The notes beneath the pieces were generated by a model. It was not told the origin of the DNA, made no database searches, and saw only the letters and a list, made by a program, of their open reading frames with translations. Positions 63,930-64,000 of a stretch of DNA of 64,000 bases are shown here, in pieces. This DNA is from an uncultured delta proteobacterium (GTDB lineage Bacteria > Myxococcota > Myxococcia > Myxococcales > Anaeromyxobacteraceae): assembly GCA_963845515.1 (NCBI GenBank), contig CAWJSR010000010.1, positions 96,001 through 160,000 of the forward strand, given 5' to 3'. Within the stretch, counting starts at the first letter, position 1; every line of letters begins with the position of its first letter. A program made the position numbers and the translations under genes.

Positions 63930-64000
63930 GGCGCCCCGCGGGCGACCGCGCCCCCGCCGATCAGGGGGCGGGCGCGGCGCCGCCGCTGAATCTTGTCGAG

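Overview
A very GC-rich bacterial chromosomal segment. Gene content (DUF507, DUF3108 pair, AgmX/PglI-like protein, topoisomerase VI, mreC-mreD-pbp2-rodA without mreB) suggests a myxobacterium of the Anaeromyxobacter type; this is an inference. Most of the window is housekeeping or conserved accessory content: trxA, elongasome genes, PpiD, a GGDEF protein, maf/yggS, menA with a hybA/hybB-like pair, topo VI A/B, htpX, queD, thiS-thiG-thiE, a MoxR/DUF58 operon, cheW/MCP, a SNF2 helicase, glp genes, aspS, argG and a phoB-porin-pstS block. Many genes, including essential aspS, have single-base frameshifts, which points to sequencing indels rather than true pseudogenes. Highlights: (1) a full-length class IIC group II intron inserted just after a terminator hairpin, plus a degenerate 5' fragment of a related intron behind a second hairpin about 37 kb away; (2) an operon of GNAT, PlsC-type acyltransferase, ureohydrolase, CBS histidine kinase and response regulator that converges on phoB-porin-pstS and shares 11-bp-periodic Pho-box-like repeats with them, a candidate phosphorus-free amino/polyamine lipid pathway; (3) an arsM-like operon with an unannotated 33-aa Cys-rich peptide and its own thioredoxin/thioredoxin reductase; (4) an unannotated 37-aa K/R-rich peptide behind bacterial topoisomerase VI; (5) a dispersed CCCTCTCCC/GGGAGAGGG palindromic repeat family.
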